Assembly: GCA_951406725.2 (NCBI GenBank)
Contig: OX597826.1
Coordinates: forward strand, 19,158,001-19,222,000
DNA: 64,000 bases
DNA from: Octopus vulgaris
Taxonomy: Eukaryota
Direction: 5' to 3'
The notes under the pieces are model-generated. The model was not told where the DNA came from. It did not search any database and was given only the letters and a program-made list of their open reading frames with translations. Shown piece by piece: positions 13,613 through 26,925 of this stretch (positions are counted from its first letter, which is position 1; every line of letters begins with the position of its first letter). The position numbers and the translations under genes are program-made.

Positions 13613-14012
13613 AATTATGGGGGTTTAGTTCACAGGTGACCTAAATTATTAGGTATGCTAGGTAAGTGCTGTAACGGATTACAGCCCTTGATTTGTTTGC
13701 GTCTTTTCTCTGGATGTTTACAATATCAGTGTTTTAACTCTCATGGATCTATGCAGCTCTTTTTTCTACAACATCGGAAACTTGAACTATGAACTTTTCT
13801 CCTTTCTCTCCATCTCCTTATTCGTTTGCTCCCTTCCTCTGTGTCGTCATCTCATTAATATATACCATTCTCTTTTTTCCCATTTTTCCGTATTTGTCTC
13901 TGATGACGGAATATCCCATACTCGGGGAACAGCTGTAAGACTTTGAATTTTTTCCAATTATAATATTGTATACGACTTGAGATGTTTGCCTTGTTTTAAC
14001 CCTCTTTAAGAA
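13610..14012 (+). mobile_element. Non-autonomous PLE-like element with minimal hammerhead
   Basis: Lies between (TA)n arrays; contains gtct-CTGATGA...GGAAC-agct-GTA-agac. Confidence 0.65.
13896..13941 (+). ncRNA. Minimal type-I hammerhead ribozyme motif (degenerate)
   Basis: Stem I gtct/agac, core CTGATGA, imperfect stem II, GGAAC in place of GAAAC, palindromic stem III acagctgt, GTA cleavage triplet. Confidence 0.7.
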
Positions 14013-14040
14013 TTATATATATATATACATAGATACATAG

Positions 14041-14106
<66 letters not shown>

Positions 14107-14281
14107 GTATGTATATATATATATATGTATATATATATACATACATATATATATATATATGTATATATATGTATGTATATATATATATATACATACATAC
14201 ATATATATATATATAAATACATACATATATATATACATATATATATATATACGTATATATACATACATACATATATATACA

Positions 14282-14335
<54 letters not shown>

Positions 14336-15702
14336 CATATGTGTGTATGTATACACATGCACACGTCTCAATATAACACTCACACATATAGAGAGAAAGG
14401 GAGAGAGAGAGACTGCCAGACATATCTTCACTTACATCAAGAAATTAAGGCCAGCCATCGTCTCCCTGCTTATGTAAGTCTAGATGATACAAAGAAATAT
14501 AGTTTTCCCTTATCAAGAGATAGTTACAAACGAGAAACATGCAATCCTATATTGTTTTACATCACATAAAGAAATATCTATTTACACAGAAGAAAGTAAA
14601 GAAAAAGAAAAAAGTATAAAACGACTATAAACAAAATCATATAAAAGTACTGAATTTATATTTGCTTTTCTTGCTAAATGTCTTTAACTCCCTTTTCCTT
14701 ATTTTAATTGTAAATTTCTTGTAAATTTCAGCCAACCAGTTATTCTCTTCTCGGCGTATCAGTTGCATTCTTGTACGAAAAAAGGGGGCGGAAATCGTCT
14801 GTCTGTAACCGTATATCTATATCAAATTCCGTTTTACTTGCCAATCACAAAAATTAACGTGCAGTTTTTACGAGTATTCACTGTAATACTAGCATTGCTC
14901 CAGTGATCCATGCAAATCTCGAGTCAGGCAAAGATTGAAGCAAACAGGGTAACATTTATTTATGGTTTCTTACCTCTCACACTAAGTATCTTCACTTATT
15001 GACATTTCTTAATCTTATTGAGTTTTACGCAAAGATTTATTAGAAATTATAAAAGTAACTCTATCTGGATAGGCCGGGAGCATTTCTGATGCGGAGTCTC
15101 TCAAGCAGCCTTTATGACAGCCAACGAAATGAGCCCAACAAAATTAGTCGATTGACTGTACCTTTTCCCTTAACGTTACACTAGGGTCGCCTAGCATAAT
15201 ATATGTGACGCTGATTTCTAATATACAAACAGATTTACTTTACCAGCAAATCAGGATTTCCACTCGCATCTTACATGTTGATGTCGTAGAGGTTAAAGTT
15301 ATTCTTTGTTATATTTTGAAACATATATAGTATCAGTTTTACCTCACCTGCTCTAATTAAAAAATAATTTGCTTTTTAGATGCAATAGTAACAACAATAT
15401 TATTAGCATTAAGAAATAACATGCTACTTAAGCAACCATATACTACTAAAGTAGACTCTCTCTACATAAAGTCATTTAGCGTACCGCATTAAATATCTGG
15501 AAAAAAAATAATGACAGAATCGTTACAGTCTGAACACCTATGATAATAGATTTTTTTCTATCAGAGCTATTCAAAACTAAATTTTTGGTTTGCAGAAAAG
15601 GCTGTACCTGTGGCTTTTGCACGACCTCTGTAACTGATGATATTTTTTTCTACGGTTTCAGCTCATAGCTGCGGCAATGCTGATGCCCCTCCGTTAGAAT
15701 AG

Positions 15703-15808
15703 AAAATTTGGAACGCTTCACGAATTTGCATGTCATCCCTGCGCAGGGGCCATACTGATCTTCTCTGTATTGTTCCAATTTTAGAATATGTACCGCCGTA
15801 GCTAGTGC
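15703..15808 (-). pseudogene. RNU6: U6 snRNA retropseudogene
   Basis: Reverse complement reads gcactagctacggcggtacatattctaaaattggaacaatacagagaagatcagtatggcccctgcgcagggatgacatgcaaattcgtgaagcgttccaaatttt. ACAGAGA box intact, AGC triad changed to AGT, no upstream TATA. Confidence 0.95.
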
Positions 15809-15829
15809 AAAATTATGTTCCACTTGAGC

Positions 15830-16760
15830 TTTTTCAAGCCGGCGGAGCCAAGATAATAGACCGAGAAGGGTTCTAGAGGGGCCGATGTACAGGTAAAGTA
15901 GTTACTACAGGAACTGAAAGAGTGGACGAAATATGTGTGATGGGAGAAAGAAAAACAAGTGAGCGAGGATGGCATAAAAGTGGGAGGAACAATACCATTT
16001 AGCCCCGAATAGCAGAAGCCCCTCTAGTAGCAACAGAAAAGCAGAAAGATGAGACATCATATCTGTAGTAAAAGAAAAGAGTGTGTTAGTAAGCTATTTG
16101 ATACCAGTCTGTCGAGTAGTCTTTCTCTGGATACGATCTAGAAATGTTTGCGTGTGTTGCAACAGCATCGTCGAAGATGTGGAGACTACTTCATTGTGGA
16201 TCACTTGGGCTTTGGAGTTGGTTAGGAGTTGTTGGCAGCTGAAATATTTACTGCCTTTGAAGAGAAAAACTAGTTTATGTGATGAAGATTGGTCATGTTG
16301 AGGATTCATCAGGACAGATGCTCAGTGATGGTGAGGCCAAGGTAATGGCTTCGAGGCCACTCATGGTTAAGCATAAGTACGATAATGTCCTCTTGATACG
16401 TGCAGCAATTATGTATTTGAACTATTGAAAGAAACAAGAATATCACGAACCCATTGGTGGATGTTTAGGGGAGTCTGTTCATGGAGTCGGTGAAGACTTG
16501 TATGTAGATGACAGTTAGGTGTGGAAGGTTTAGAGGAGAATGAAAAGTAATATTAACTGTTGAAGATGACAGCTGATGGTTGCATAAGAAGCAGAGAATG
16601 GACACAAAATAAAATTTTGGAATATACCACAGTTGATATAATGGGGATCAGAAAGATCTCTATTAGGAAGCTAACGTCGTAAGAGACAAAAGACAGATAT
16701 TAGGCAGGAAGATTCCCCTTGAGGTTTGCGTGTCAAGTACGTTCAAAGCTCAGCTGATCT
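15830..16760 (-). mobile_element. Degraded CR1/L2-group LINE RT 3' fragment
   Basis: Peptide FSCQQLLT..KAQV...FLDRIQRKTTRQ is typical of the post-RT region of CR1/L2-group LINEs. Confidence 0.6.
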
Positions 16761-17691
16761 CGTAAACGACACTGTTGACACTAAACTAATCGAGGTCGAA
16801 AAACCACAGGTGATTGACATAGGATAGTAGATCAGGTTAAATGAAAACCGTTGCCAGAACTACCATAAGTGACACTTTTCTAGATACGACTACCGCCAAA
16901 CTGAGAAACGATTTCAGCCGTGGCGTGGCGTAAACATTTCTCTACATCCTGAGTTTAGATCTCTACATTCTGAGTTCAGATCTCTACAAAAGTTAATTTT
17001 GATTATCATAGCTCTAGGTTCTATCAAATAAGCACTACTGCGGTGTAGGCGTCAAATGATGATTTGTAAGTTACATAGACGAGACCAAACAGTATAGCAT
17101 AGAACAAAATGATTGGCAGAATGTAATATGTCCTTTGTGATGCGTTAGAATCGCGCCGAAGTCAATGAAATGAATGACAGCCAAATAATGAGGTCAGAAT
17201 GTATCGTAGTTCAATCTTGCGTCAACGTATGAAAACGTTGTTATCGTTATTGCCGAGGGTAGACAAAATGGTTGGTAGACATGATGGTTGAAAGAAGATA
17301 TGGCTGATAGAGAATGAAGTCTATAGAGTAAATAGTAGATAGAGAAGATGACAGATGCACAAGATGGCTGTTAGACATTATGTAATCATACATTACTATA
17401 TACTAAATATATCACTCAAATCTATTGAGTCATACCCTACATGTATAAAAACGGAAGGACATATTAGAGAACGTAGTTGGTGGGGAATTCTCCGTGTTTC
17501 GATGGTTTATTTTATCAACTATTTTCCTAATCATGCGATCGGTTAACGTGTAAGGGGCTGAGTATTTCACAGAAAGCTGTATACTTGGTGTACTCAGACC
17601 GAATCAGCGTTGACACAATGTATTAAGAGTGGAGTACACGAGAGAGAGAAAGGGGCAGAGAGAGAAAGAGGTGGGGAGAGAGAGTGAGAGA

Positions 17692-17793
<102 letters not shown>

Positions 17794-18559
17794 AGGACTG
17801 TTCTCATCACTGAACTGGTTCTTTATTTATTGACCCCGAAAGTTGACCTCGGCTCGATTTGAATTCAGAGCGCAGAGAACCAGAACATAGACTTTCCTGC
17901 TTTACATTGTAGTTTCTTTTCTCTTTAAAAGAAGGGAAAAGAAAACAGGACGAGGGTTCACGGCTGGAACGTCTTGCGTGGTAGATTCGTTACAGCAAAA
18001 GATTTAACCGACCAATAGATTTACAAAAACACACGTATAGTTTCCATTGATAAATGATCAAAGATATAAGAAGTCATGATGACCTTTAAGTCATGGAAAC
18101 TAGAGAGACCCAGTTCACTTCTGCATTAGTAAGCTCTCATCCAGAGATTAACAGAGCTTGAGAATGCATCATGTAATGTCACAGTAGCGTTTTGTACGTG
18201 TGTATAACTGGTTGCAATTAAGTCTAATCAAGAAACCCTATGGTCAAAAACATTCCAGCATGACTGTGTTTTTTTTCTCTTTGTATTATAGGTCTGCATT
18301 ATCTAATGTGTTCTTCCTTGTTCAAGAAGGAATAATGTGATATGAGTTAATTTGGCTGCAATTTCTACATGTCAAGCGCGTGTGTGTGCTATATGTATAT
18401 TCACGTGTATGCCACATATATATAACAGCATGCAGTGTGTGTGAATGATCAGTATTTAAACAGTTCGCCCTACTCTTTATACACACAGTAAAGTATCGCG
18501 TAGATTATCTATTCATTAGCTATGTTAATCCTCGCACTTCTTACCTCGTTCCCTAACAG

Positions 18560-19400
18560 CTCTTCCTTACAACAGCCATACTATGCCCGAAAGCTTGAAG
18601 GAGACAATAGAATTGACACGAAGCGCAGCCTCTCTTCGACTCAAGACCACTACATCACATCACACTTTGAAGGCTATACGTTTGCAATCCAGGAACAGGA
18701 GATTGCCACAAAGTACCTGGTGAACAAGAGAGACAGTGACGCTCTTGTAATCCCAAGGTGTAGCCGCATGTGTAGGCATATGATTAGCAGCTGTCCTAAA
18801 ATGTTGTCATGGTGCTACCTCCCTATGCGGCACAATATTGTTGCTGAAACAATTTACAATTCCATACGCAAAAAAAAACTGTCCTGAAATAAACTTAGAA
18901 AATCCTTCTGTTATGGAATACATTCATAAACACCAACTCAAGGAATACTGGTGGAATATTCCCATCAAATGTAAACATAACAGGCCGGATATTGTTGTTT
19001 GAGACAGAAGAAGTCATCTGCCCTGCAGATATAAATATCTCTTGGAAAATCTAAGAAAAAGAGAATATCTATGGACAACTACTTCAAAACCTCCAGCTTC
19101 TATATCCAGACTATAAATTCATGTTCAGACCAATGATAATTGGAGCACTAGGTTTTCTGAGTAAATGCTCAAAGGAGAATCTGGATAAACTAGGAGTTTC
19201 GGAAAGAGAAATTAACCGGCTCATTCGTACATTACAAGTGTAATCCGTGAGTGGAACAGTAAAAATATGCAAGACTTTTCTCAAGTTCCAAATGTGAATT
19301 TGTCTGTGTTAACTACATCCCAAAGATGGAGCTTTGTATCTTTGTTGGAAACCGGCACTCTCCTCAGTGGAAGATTTATAATAATTAAAAAAATAGAAGA
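18560..19400 (+). mobile_element. R4/Dong-type LINE 3' fragment (RLE endonuclease region)
   Basis: FAIQEQEIAT, RHNIVAE, CKHNRPDIVV and IIGALG motifs; ends in (TA)/(TACA)n. Confidence 0.8.
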
Positions 19401-19795
19401 TATATATATATACATACATACATACATACATAAATACATACATACATACAAAAACACCCTGTTGTTGATGTTGAAATTCCAATGAAGGAGCCTTGAATCT
19501 AGGTTAGAAACCGGCTCTTTTTCTATCGGCAAGAAATCTTGAAATAAAACTCAACAATGACACACAAACATACGCAGAAACACACGCGCGCACGCGCACG
19601 CACCTCAAGATCTAAAATATTTATCGTTTATTGACAAAGGTTTTAAAACTAACAAAATTGCTTTAAACACACGTGTGCATTTGTGTGTATATATAGAACA
19701 ATTTTGTTCAATCTAAAAACGTTTTGATTATGAAATATAAATTTAAAATTTAGTAGTTTTTATTCTTTGCATGGTTGGACTATTATAAGTTAAAA

Positions 19796-20123
19796 TTATT
19801 TACATTATTTACATTTGACAGATATTTATCTTCATCTTGTTTGTTGTTAACACAACGTTTCAGCTGGTATACCCTCCAACCTTCTTCAGGTGTCTTGGAG
19901 AAATTTCGAACCTGGGTTCTCATTCCTAAGGTATTTTTCGATTTTGTTGTTGTTGTTGTTGTTATTCTTCTTCTTCTTCTTCTTATTATTATTATTATTT
20001 AGGTCACTGCCTGGAATCGAACTCGGAATCTTGGGGCTAATAGCCCGCTCTCTGAACCACTACGCCATGTGCCTGTGGAGGGTATATCAGCCGAAATGTT
20101 GTGTTAATAACAAACAAGATGAG
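19796..20123 (-). mobile_element. tRNA-headed, hammerhead-carrying short retroelement with an inverted 3'-end copy
   Basis: Minus strand: A box TGGCGTAGTGG, B box GAGTTCGATTCC, (AAT/AAG/AAC)n, then hammerhead; ~20076-20123 is an inverted copy of ~19796-19878. Confidence 0.8.
19849..19894 (-). ncRNA. Minimal type-I hammerhead ribozyme
   Basis: gacac-CTGAAGA-a-ggttgg/ccagct-GAAAC-GT-T-gtgtt: intact core, 5-bp stem I, 6-bp stem II, palindromic ACGT stem III. Confidence 0.8.
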
Positions 20124-22809
20124 GACAAATATCCATCAAATGTAAATAATGTAAATAATGTACGTCGGGATTTTATTATCTCAGAAAACTGACGATGACG
20201 ATCCAGTCCAGACTCCATCAATGCTTTGAAGTATGACATTGAAGCCATTGTGTCGTGTGTGATGTATTGCTATGCATTATATGTAAGTAAAGATAGCGAT
20301 TAAATTTATGTTCTTAAAGTTAACATATAGGAAGATATAAATATAAAGATTAACATATAGGAATAAATAAATAATTACTTCAGAATAAATAAAATAACTA
20401 AATACGAAAGACATATCAAATTAAGATGTAGAAATTTGGGGAAATTTAGAAAAAAATTAGCAGAAAGAGGCAAAAATTAAGTGAGAACATAGAGACGGAC
20501 GAAATGCTGTTAAGCCTTTTCCCCGGCGCAGTAATGATTCTGGCTGCTTTAAGTAAAAGTATATGTGCACTGCAATATGGCTGACTGAGTGAACAGGCTG
20601 ATGATGAACAGTGCAAGAGGGGAGAGTGAGGATGAAGTGTGTTGGGCGTGTAGTAGAAGTGACATTAGTACGAAATATGTGATCAGTATTTTTATGCTTG
20701 TATATTACTAGTAGTGTTAATACAAGATATATGACCAGTACTCTTATGTGTATTATCAAGTTGAATAACTGGTCAATATTGGGCTATTTTCTGGTCTCGA
20801 AAAGGTCTTTGAAATGTATTTTTGGCAATGTTGTTGTCATTTAACCTCAGGTCCACCCTGATCCTGTAGACCTATGATCATAGGTATTCCAGCTGTGATC
20901 ATCTACTTTTTTTTTTAGATTTATATATTGTACCTTACTATATAATGTCTTACTTTCTTTTTTTGTCAAGATAGATTTTGATTTGAAAAATTCGTCACTG
21001 TTTCTAGCATGTTAAGCAACTTCTTAGAGGTCTCTTTCTTTGGCCTGTATTATGTACGGCAAGTTGGTCAGGTCATGTCTTGACATTTTCAGGCTTTGGA
21101 AGAAATTACTTTACGGAGAATTTAACTTTCCCAAAGCGTCCTCAGCAGAGATCAAACGTAATTCCAAGGCATCGTTAAACCGAAAGAAAAAGATACTAAT
21201 TCGTGAACATCAGTATTTCTTAGTGGGAACATGTCACACGGAACGGACGTAAACGGTGGTCTTGCAGTTTGTAAGAAAATTCGAATTGCCAGTCAAACTG
21301 TAAAGGGCATTTTGACTACCGCTGTTCTGCGCGCCGGTTTTGCAATCCTCTCTACACATTAGAAAATGCAATTTTTCTGTATCCTATGCATAGGAATGAA
21401 AGTTCTGAGACGCCATCGGCCACTGAGAAAGTAAAATCATGTCTTAATAACGTGTTGGGAAGTCTGTCGAAGTCATTTGGAGTACGGTTCTTAGTGTTTT
21501 ATACACAAGGTAACTTGAGAACTTTTTCTCTGAGACACAATTCCGCAACGAATTCCTTTCAGTTTCTAGTGTGCAGATGCTTGTAGGAAATAAATATACA
21601 CATCTCCACATTAGCCTTCGTGCTACATAAGCATATACACACGTATGTATGTGTGTGTGTGTGCACGCGCGCGTATATCAGCAGAATACCTGACGTTGAC
21701 CGGCTGAATAGCAATGGCCTACAGTTGGTCTTAATGATGATATATTCGGTTTAGTAGAAAGCATTACTCTTGAAAAGTTAACTTTCGCGAAAGAACTTAA
21801 AATAGTTTTCCAATACGTATATATAAGTCTGGCTTCTGATGCACTTAGCCATTGCCAATAGTCACTAAGTATCAGTAATGTATTTCGTAATTTAAGTTTA
21901 TAAATAACATATTAAATTTAAGTACTTTAAATAAGAACAGAGAATTGAGTAAAAGGGGAACAACTTTGTTACATTTAAACTCTTACTGAATATATTTAAT
22001 CTTTTGATTCTGAAATTATTTGATTCTTAAAACAATTCGAAACATAAGTAGAAACCGGAGTGTCAGAAGTAAGCACACATGAAAATGAAATAATTCGTAG
22101 AATATACGAAATGCAGAGTGCCCAGAAGAGACCCACACACTCATGTATTGAAACTGCTAGATATGCAATGATAAAGAAATGATATTAAGAGCCGCAATAA
22201 ACCACAAGTTATATACGATTAAATCTGTACCCATCACTTCTTAAGTGTTTTGGCATTCAAAACATAATCATGTTAGCATCCTGGAAGACTCAATGTGTTT
22301 GATTTTATCAACAGGGTTGAAATTGAAGCGGTTTTGGGGGCTTCCAGTACTAAGACATTCTACATAAAACCAACCATTAACAGTTCAGTATTCTTCAAGA
22401 CGTCTTTTCTGAATGTTACAAAGACCACCTGAAAATCAACCTTCAAAATGGCTGGAAATGAAATTAAAAAAAACTAGAAAACCGAAACGTGAACTCGCTT
22501 CAACAGGCGTTACTCCGTCATCACTGGATCCGTCATCACCGGATCCGAAATCACTTTTGAAGTCAAAAGATAAAGAAAAATTAAGAAAAAACTTAAATGA
22601 CACAAGATGCAGCAACAACAATCATGCACGCCATCAGATCTTCCTTGCCATCTTTGTTCTTGTTAATTTTAATGATTGCCCTTCACAGCTATTAACATTA
22701 TCAATATGCAGGTACTATATAATCAGGGGGAAACTGAAATTCTCGGATGCGAAGAGCACCCACCACCGTCACCGGCGATGTAAATGTGGGGAGATGTACG
22801 AGAGAGAGA

Positions 22810-22894
<85 letters not shown>

Positions 22895-23019
22895 TGTGTG
22901 TGTACACGCACGTATAGTTCAAATTTGGAAGCAGAAATTGGCAGAAATGGTATTTAAGAACTATTTGGTTGAAACAATAATCACTAGAAGGATTCAGCAA
23001 AATAAGTTGCATCTATTTA

Positions 23020-23575
23020 GCAAGGAAACAGTGTTTTTTGGTAAGCTGAAAACAGTTTTGGCACAAACTTGGTGGACAAGGGTTTTATATCCAAATCTTT
23101 AGTGATAATGGACTGAAGTGAACCGTAACTAATCTGCACATCCTCTAATAACTCACGGATAGTGATTCGATGATTACCTCTCACAGTTGCTCGTACATCT
23201 GCGATGTTTTTCTCAGTTCTGCTGGTTGCGGGTCTCCCAGAACGTTCGTCAATATCGACATTTTTTCGACCATCTTGGAAAGGTCTGAACCACTCGTACA
23301 CTTGTGTGCGGCTCATACACTCCTCTCCATGCACTTTCTGCAACTTCGCGTAGACCTCTGAGCAGGTATCGCCACAACTTTCTCTGTCATGGTCAATGCA
23401 ACGATCACACGCTACACACCTTCCCTCCAAGCACTGCTGTAAACAGCGGAAGTGATCTAGAACGTTAAAACTTAGTGCTCAGATTTCAAGGTCAATCTTT
23501 GCCAACCGGCTGTTCTCAGCGTGCTTTAGCATCGTTACTATGGTAGCAGTTCGGATACTTATTGATCAGATTTCG
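23020..23575 (-). mobile_element. Non-autonomous mariner derivative, fragment
   Basis: ECMSRTQVYEWF...DERSGRP HTH peptide; TIR end ggatacttattgatcagatttcg|ta; same family as 56918-57796. Confidence 0.85.
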
Positions 23576-23756
23576 TATTGCTCCAAAGAGATTGAACACT
23601 ATAGACACGAAAGGTTTCAAATTTTCACACAAGGCAGCAATTTCGGGGTAATAGGATTAAGTCGATTTATGACCCCAGTGTTCAACTGGTACTTATTTTA
23701 TCGATCCCGGCGGAATTTACCACACGCTTACATTAAAAGCGAAATTGCATGCTTAC

Positions 23757-23787
<31 letters not shown>

Positions 23788-24170
23788 GTTCCCGTGCGCG
23801 CGCGTGAACACCAAAAACGAAAAATGTTTTTACCTTACGATCCCTAATCACTGTTAGAGATAATCGGGGATCGAACTAATTATACATAGCATTGCCAGGA
23901 ATGAGAGCAAATAAAGAAAAAAGAGAATATCTTAAATATGCTAATGACGATAATGATCAGCGAAATACTTATACTGAAATAAGTATTTCCTGAAGCTATA
24001 CGTTTCCATATGAAGGAATAAAGATCCGTGTAGCCGTGTGTATTGTTGCTAAGATATTTATCGGCAAGTCCAGACTTTAAAATGTTTTCTGTGTGATACG
24101 CCTGACGTGCTCTTCTGTCCTCATTTAAAATACCTTCTGTTCACGCTCTGTTGCTATTACACACACACAG

Positions 24171-24407
24171 AAGGTGGCGAGCTGGCAGAATCGTCAGCAC
24201 GTTGGACGAAATGCTTAGCGGTATTTCGTCTGCCGCTGCGTTCTGAGTTCAAATTCCGCCGAGGTCGACTTTGCCTTTCATCCTTTCGGGGTCGATTAAA
24301 TAAGTACCAGTTACGCACTGGGGTCGATATAATCGACTTAATCCGTTTGTCTGGCCTTGTTTGTCCCCTCTGTGTGTAGCCCTTGTGGGTAGTAAAGAAA
24401 TAAGTAC
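24171..24407 (+). mobile_element. tRNA-derived SINE with Nin/Deu-like central domain
   Basis: ggcgagctggcagaa...gagttcaaattccgcc head; gcctttcatcctttcggggtcgat...gtaccag central domain. Confidence 0.85.
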
Positions 24408-26652
24408 TACACACACACACACACACTCACTCACTCACTCTCTCTCTCTCTCTCTCATACAATTTCGCTCTCTCTACCTTTATATCTGCTAACTCTCCTG
24501 CATTCACTTTATATGTCATACTTGATGTATCTCCCGCTCCCTCATTCACAGACTTTCACTCTCTCTCTCTCACGCACTCTCTTTCTTTCTGACTCTCTTT
24601 CTCTCTCTCTCTCTCTTCCTCCCACTCATGTTCTTTTAGTGTCACTGTCAACGACCTGTCACGATCAAAACTCAACACAAACGAGCAAATAGTTTTATGA
24701 TGGTCATTGATGGTGAGGAACATGATGATGATGATGATGATATCATTTTACCACGAAAGCCCATTCATTTATACAACAATTGTAGTACAAAAGGCATTAC
24801 AAAACCGTGCATGGAAAATAAACACGAAAAAGAATATACAATGGGTGCGACAGAATAAATCCCACTATTTTAGATGCTCATTACTGTGGCACTAGTAACA
24901 TTACATAATGGTATTAATGGTGTCTTCGTGTAGCTAACGTTTTATCTCTTTCTTAGTTATCATCATCGTTTAGAGAGGGGCTTTACTCTATATTTGCTGG
25001 TTTATTAAAAATGTACACTGTACAATATTTGGTTTCAAATTTTGGCGCAAAGCCAGCTATTTCGGTGGTAAAGATTAAGTCGATTACACTGACCCCAGTG
25101 TTTGGCTGATACTTTTTATCAACTCCGAAAGAATGAAAGCAAAGTCGACCCCGGTGGCATTCAAACTCAGATGGATCACAGATTTTTTAATTATCTTTTT
25201 TTATCTTTTATTTTTATTTATTCATTTTTCTTTTTAACTAGACTGGTTGAAACTTCGTATACTGGTGTAATTTAATTTCTCACGCAGAACACGGTTTACT
25301 TTGAACTTTTTCAACAAAATTTCGTATTTTAGAAGTTATCATATTTGGGTAAGTTTAACCAATCAACGACGTGTAATCAGATGAAGAAAGCTACTGCTGT
25401 TTGTGATAGTAATCGAAGAGGAACAACTTCTGAGTCATATCTACTAAATATCACCACTCCGTTCTATTTTATTTTTTGCTTACTGCCTGTGTTGCATATT
25501 ACACGCTTTTTATTTGTTTGTTTTATGCGTCGGAGTAACCAGTAAACATCGAAGAATCAATTTGGTATTGATTCTTCGATGTTTACCGGAAATTTTATTT
25601 ATATATATTTATTCGTTTGTCCGACATCGATATTTAAGCAGCAGAGCAGAATTTAGGGGAAATTTTTGGTTTTATCTACACATAAAGCGCACCGGTGTTT
25701 GAAAGTCCTATAGAGCAATGGGTCCGCAGCTAGCTTTTTTGTTGTTGACATATATGTAGTTTCAAAATGCTTTAATTTACATTGTTATTGTTACGATCCT
25801 ATAGGTACACTTATCCTATACATACTTATGTATGGACAAAAATGATGGTATTTGCAACGAATAACATATATTCAGGCTATATACTCGTATGCTCTCCGCA
25901 TCAGATTAATAGGCCTCCATGGATTTGCTTTGTTAGTTCTTATTCCAGCATTTAGATTACCCAATTGAACACTAGATGAGATGCAAGCTATTAATGCACA
26001 AAGTTGGAAACTATTTTCCGGTGTATAAACCGCTATTTTGTACATGGACAATTTAGTGTGCGGCTTATAGAAAAGTGCGCCTAATATGTGTATTTTTTTA
26101 TAAGTTTCAGGAGGAAAATAATTTGTGTACGGAAATCGACTGATTCCATTGCCTTTTCCAGAAGAAAGATCGGTTGGTAGACAACGTGAAAGACTACAGC
26201 CACAGTACATTGGTACCTGGAAGAAAACGAAGCATATTTGTTTTGTTTTACCTTCATGTTTTGATTATGTTGTTTTTTTTTATCTAATAAATACTTTTAT
26301 ATTGACGAAATGTCTTTGTTGTTTGATTGAAGTGTTCCTAGATTGGTTTGTGATTTTACCTCGTTTCATATTCAGACAGGAACATTTAACTTGGTCAACT
26401 TCTGTTCCTGTTTCCATGAGAATGATCGTTCGTCTCATTAAATTTTAGGTTGCCAACAAAGAATTATGTGTTAAGCTGGTGTTTATGGCTTTCTATGCGT
26501 CCTTCAGCTTTCAGGTTTCTTCAACAAAAAGGATAAAGGGTTCGCAGCCATTATAAGCAGAATTGTAGGGAGATTATCTGCGTCTATACCCATAATAATC
26601 TATCTTATCAGGGACAATGCAATCAGGCTGTGTATGTTTGACTCAGTACTCA

Positions 26653-26683
<31 letters not shown>

Positions 26684-26692
26684 GGCGTGTAC

Positions 26693-26764
<72 letters not shown>

Positions 26765-26766
<2 letters not shown>

Positions 26767-26925
26767 CGGGAAGCTTTATGAAAATAAACAAAAGACGAAG
26801 GCAGGTGGAGTACAAACAAACAATTGTATGGCGCTCAGGAATATAAATAAAACAAGTCTTTTACGTTTCGAGCCTACGCTCTTCAACAGAAAGATACACA
26901 GAAAAGAAACACGGAGAGAAACAAT
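26765..26925 (-). mobile_element. Short PLE-like fragment with hammerhead
   Basis: Abuts (TA)n; related in layout to 43638-43830. Confidence 0.65.
26857..26894 (-). ncRNA. Minimal hammerhead motif (core variant CUGUUGA)
   Basis: tcttt-CTGTTGA-a-gagc gtag gctc-GAAAC-GT-A-aaaga. Confidence 0.7.

Noticed and set aside
15703-15808. Functional U6 gene
   Set aside because: Catalytic AGC changed to AGT, several other substitutions, no TATA upstream, fused to a retro-tail.
20001-20073. Functional tRNA gene (also 37449-37516)
   Set aside because: The acceptor stem is poor, the anticodon is atypical and the sequence is embedded in a repeated element; it is a SINE-type head.
22413-22620. piggyBac-like acidic N-terminus or host ORF
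   Set aside because: Only a short Ser/Asp-rich stretch; no TTAA/TIR pair or catalytic motifs found.
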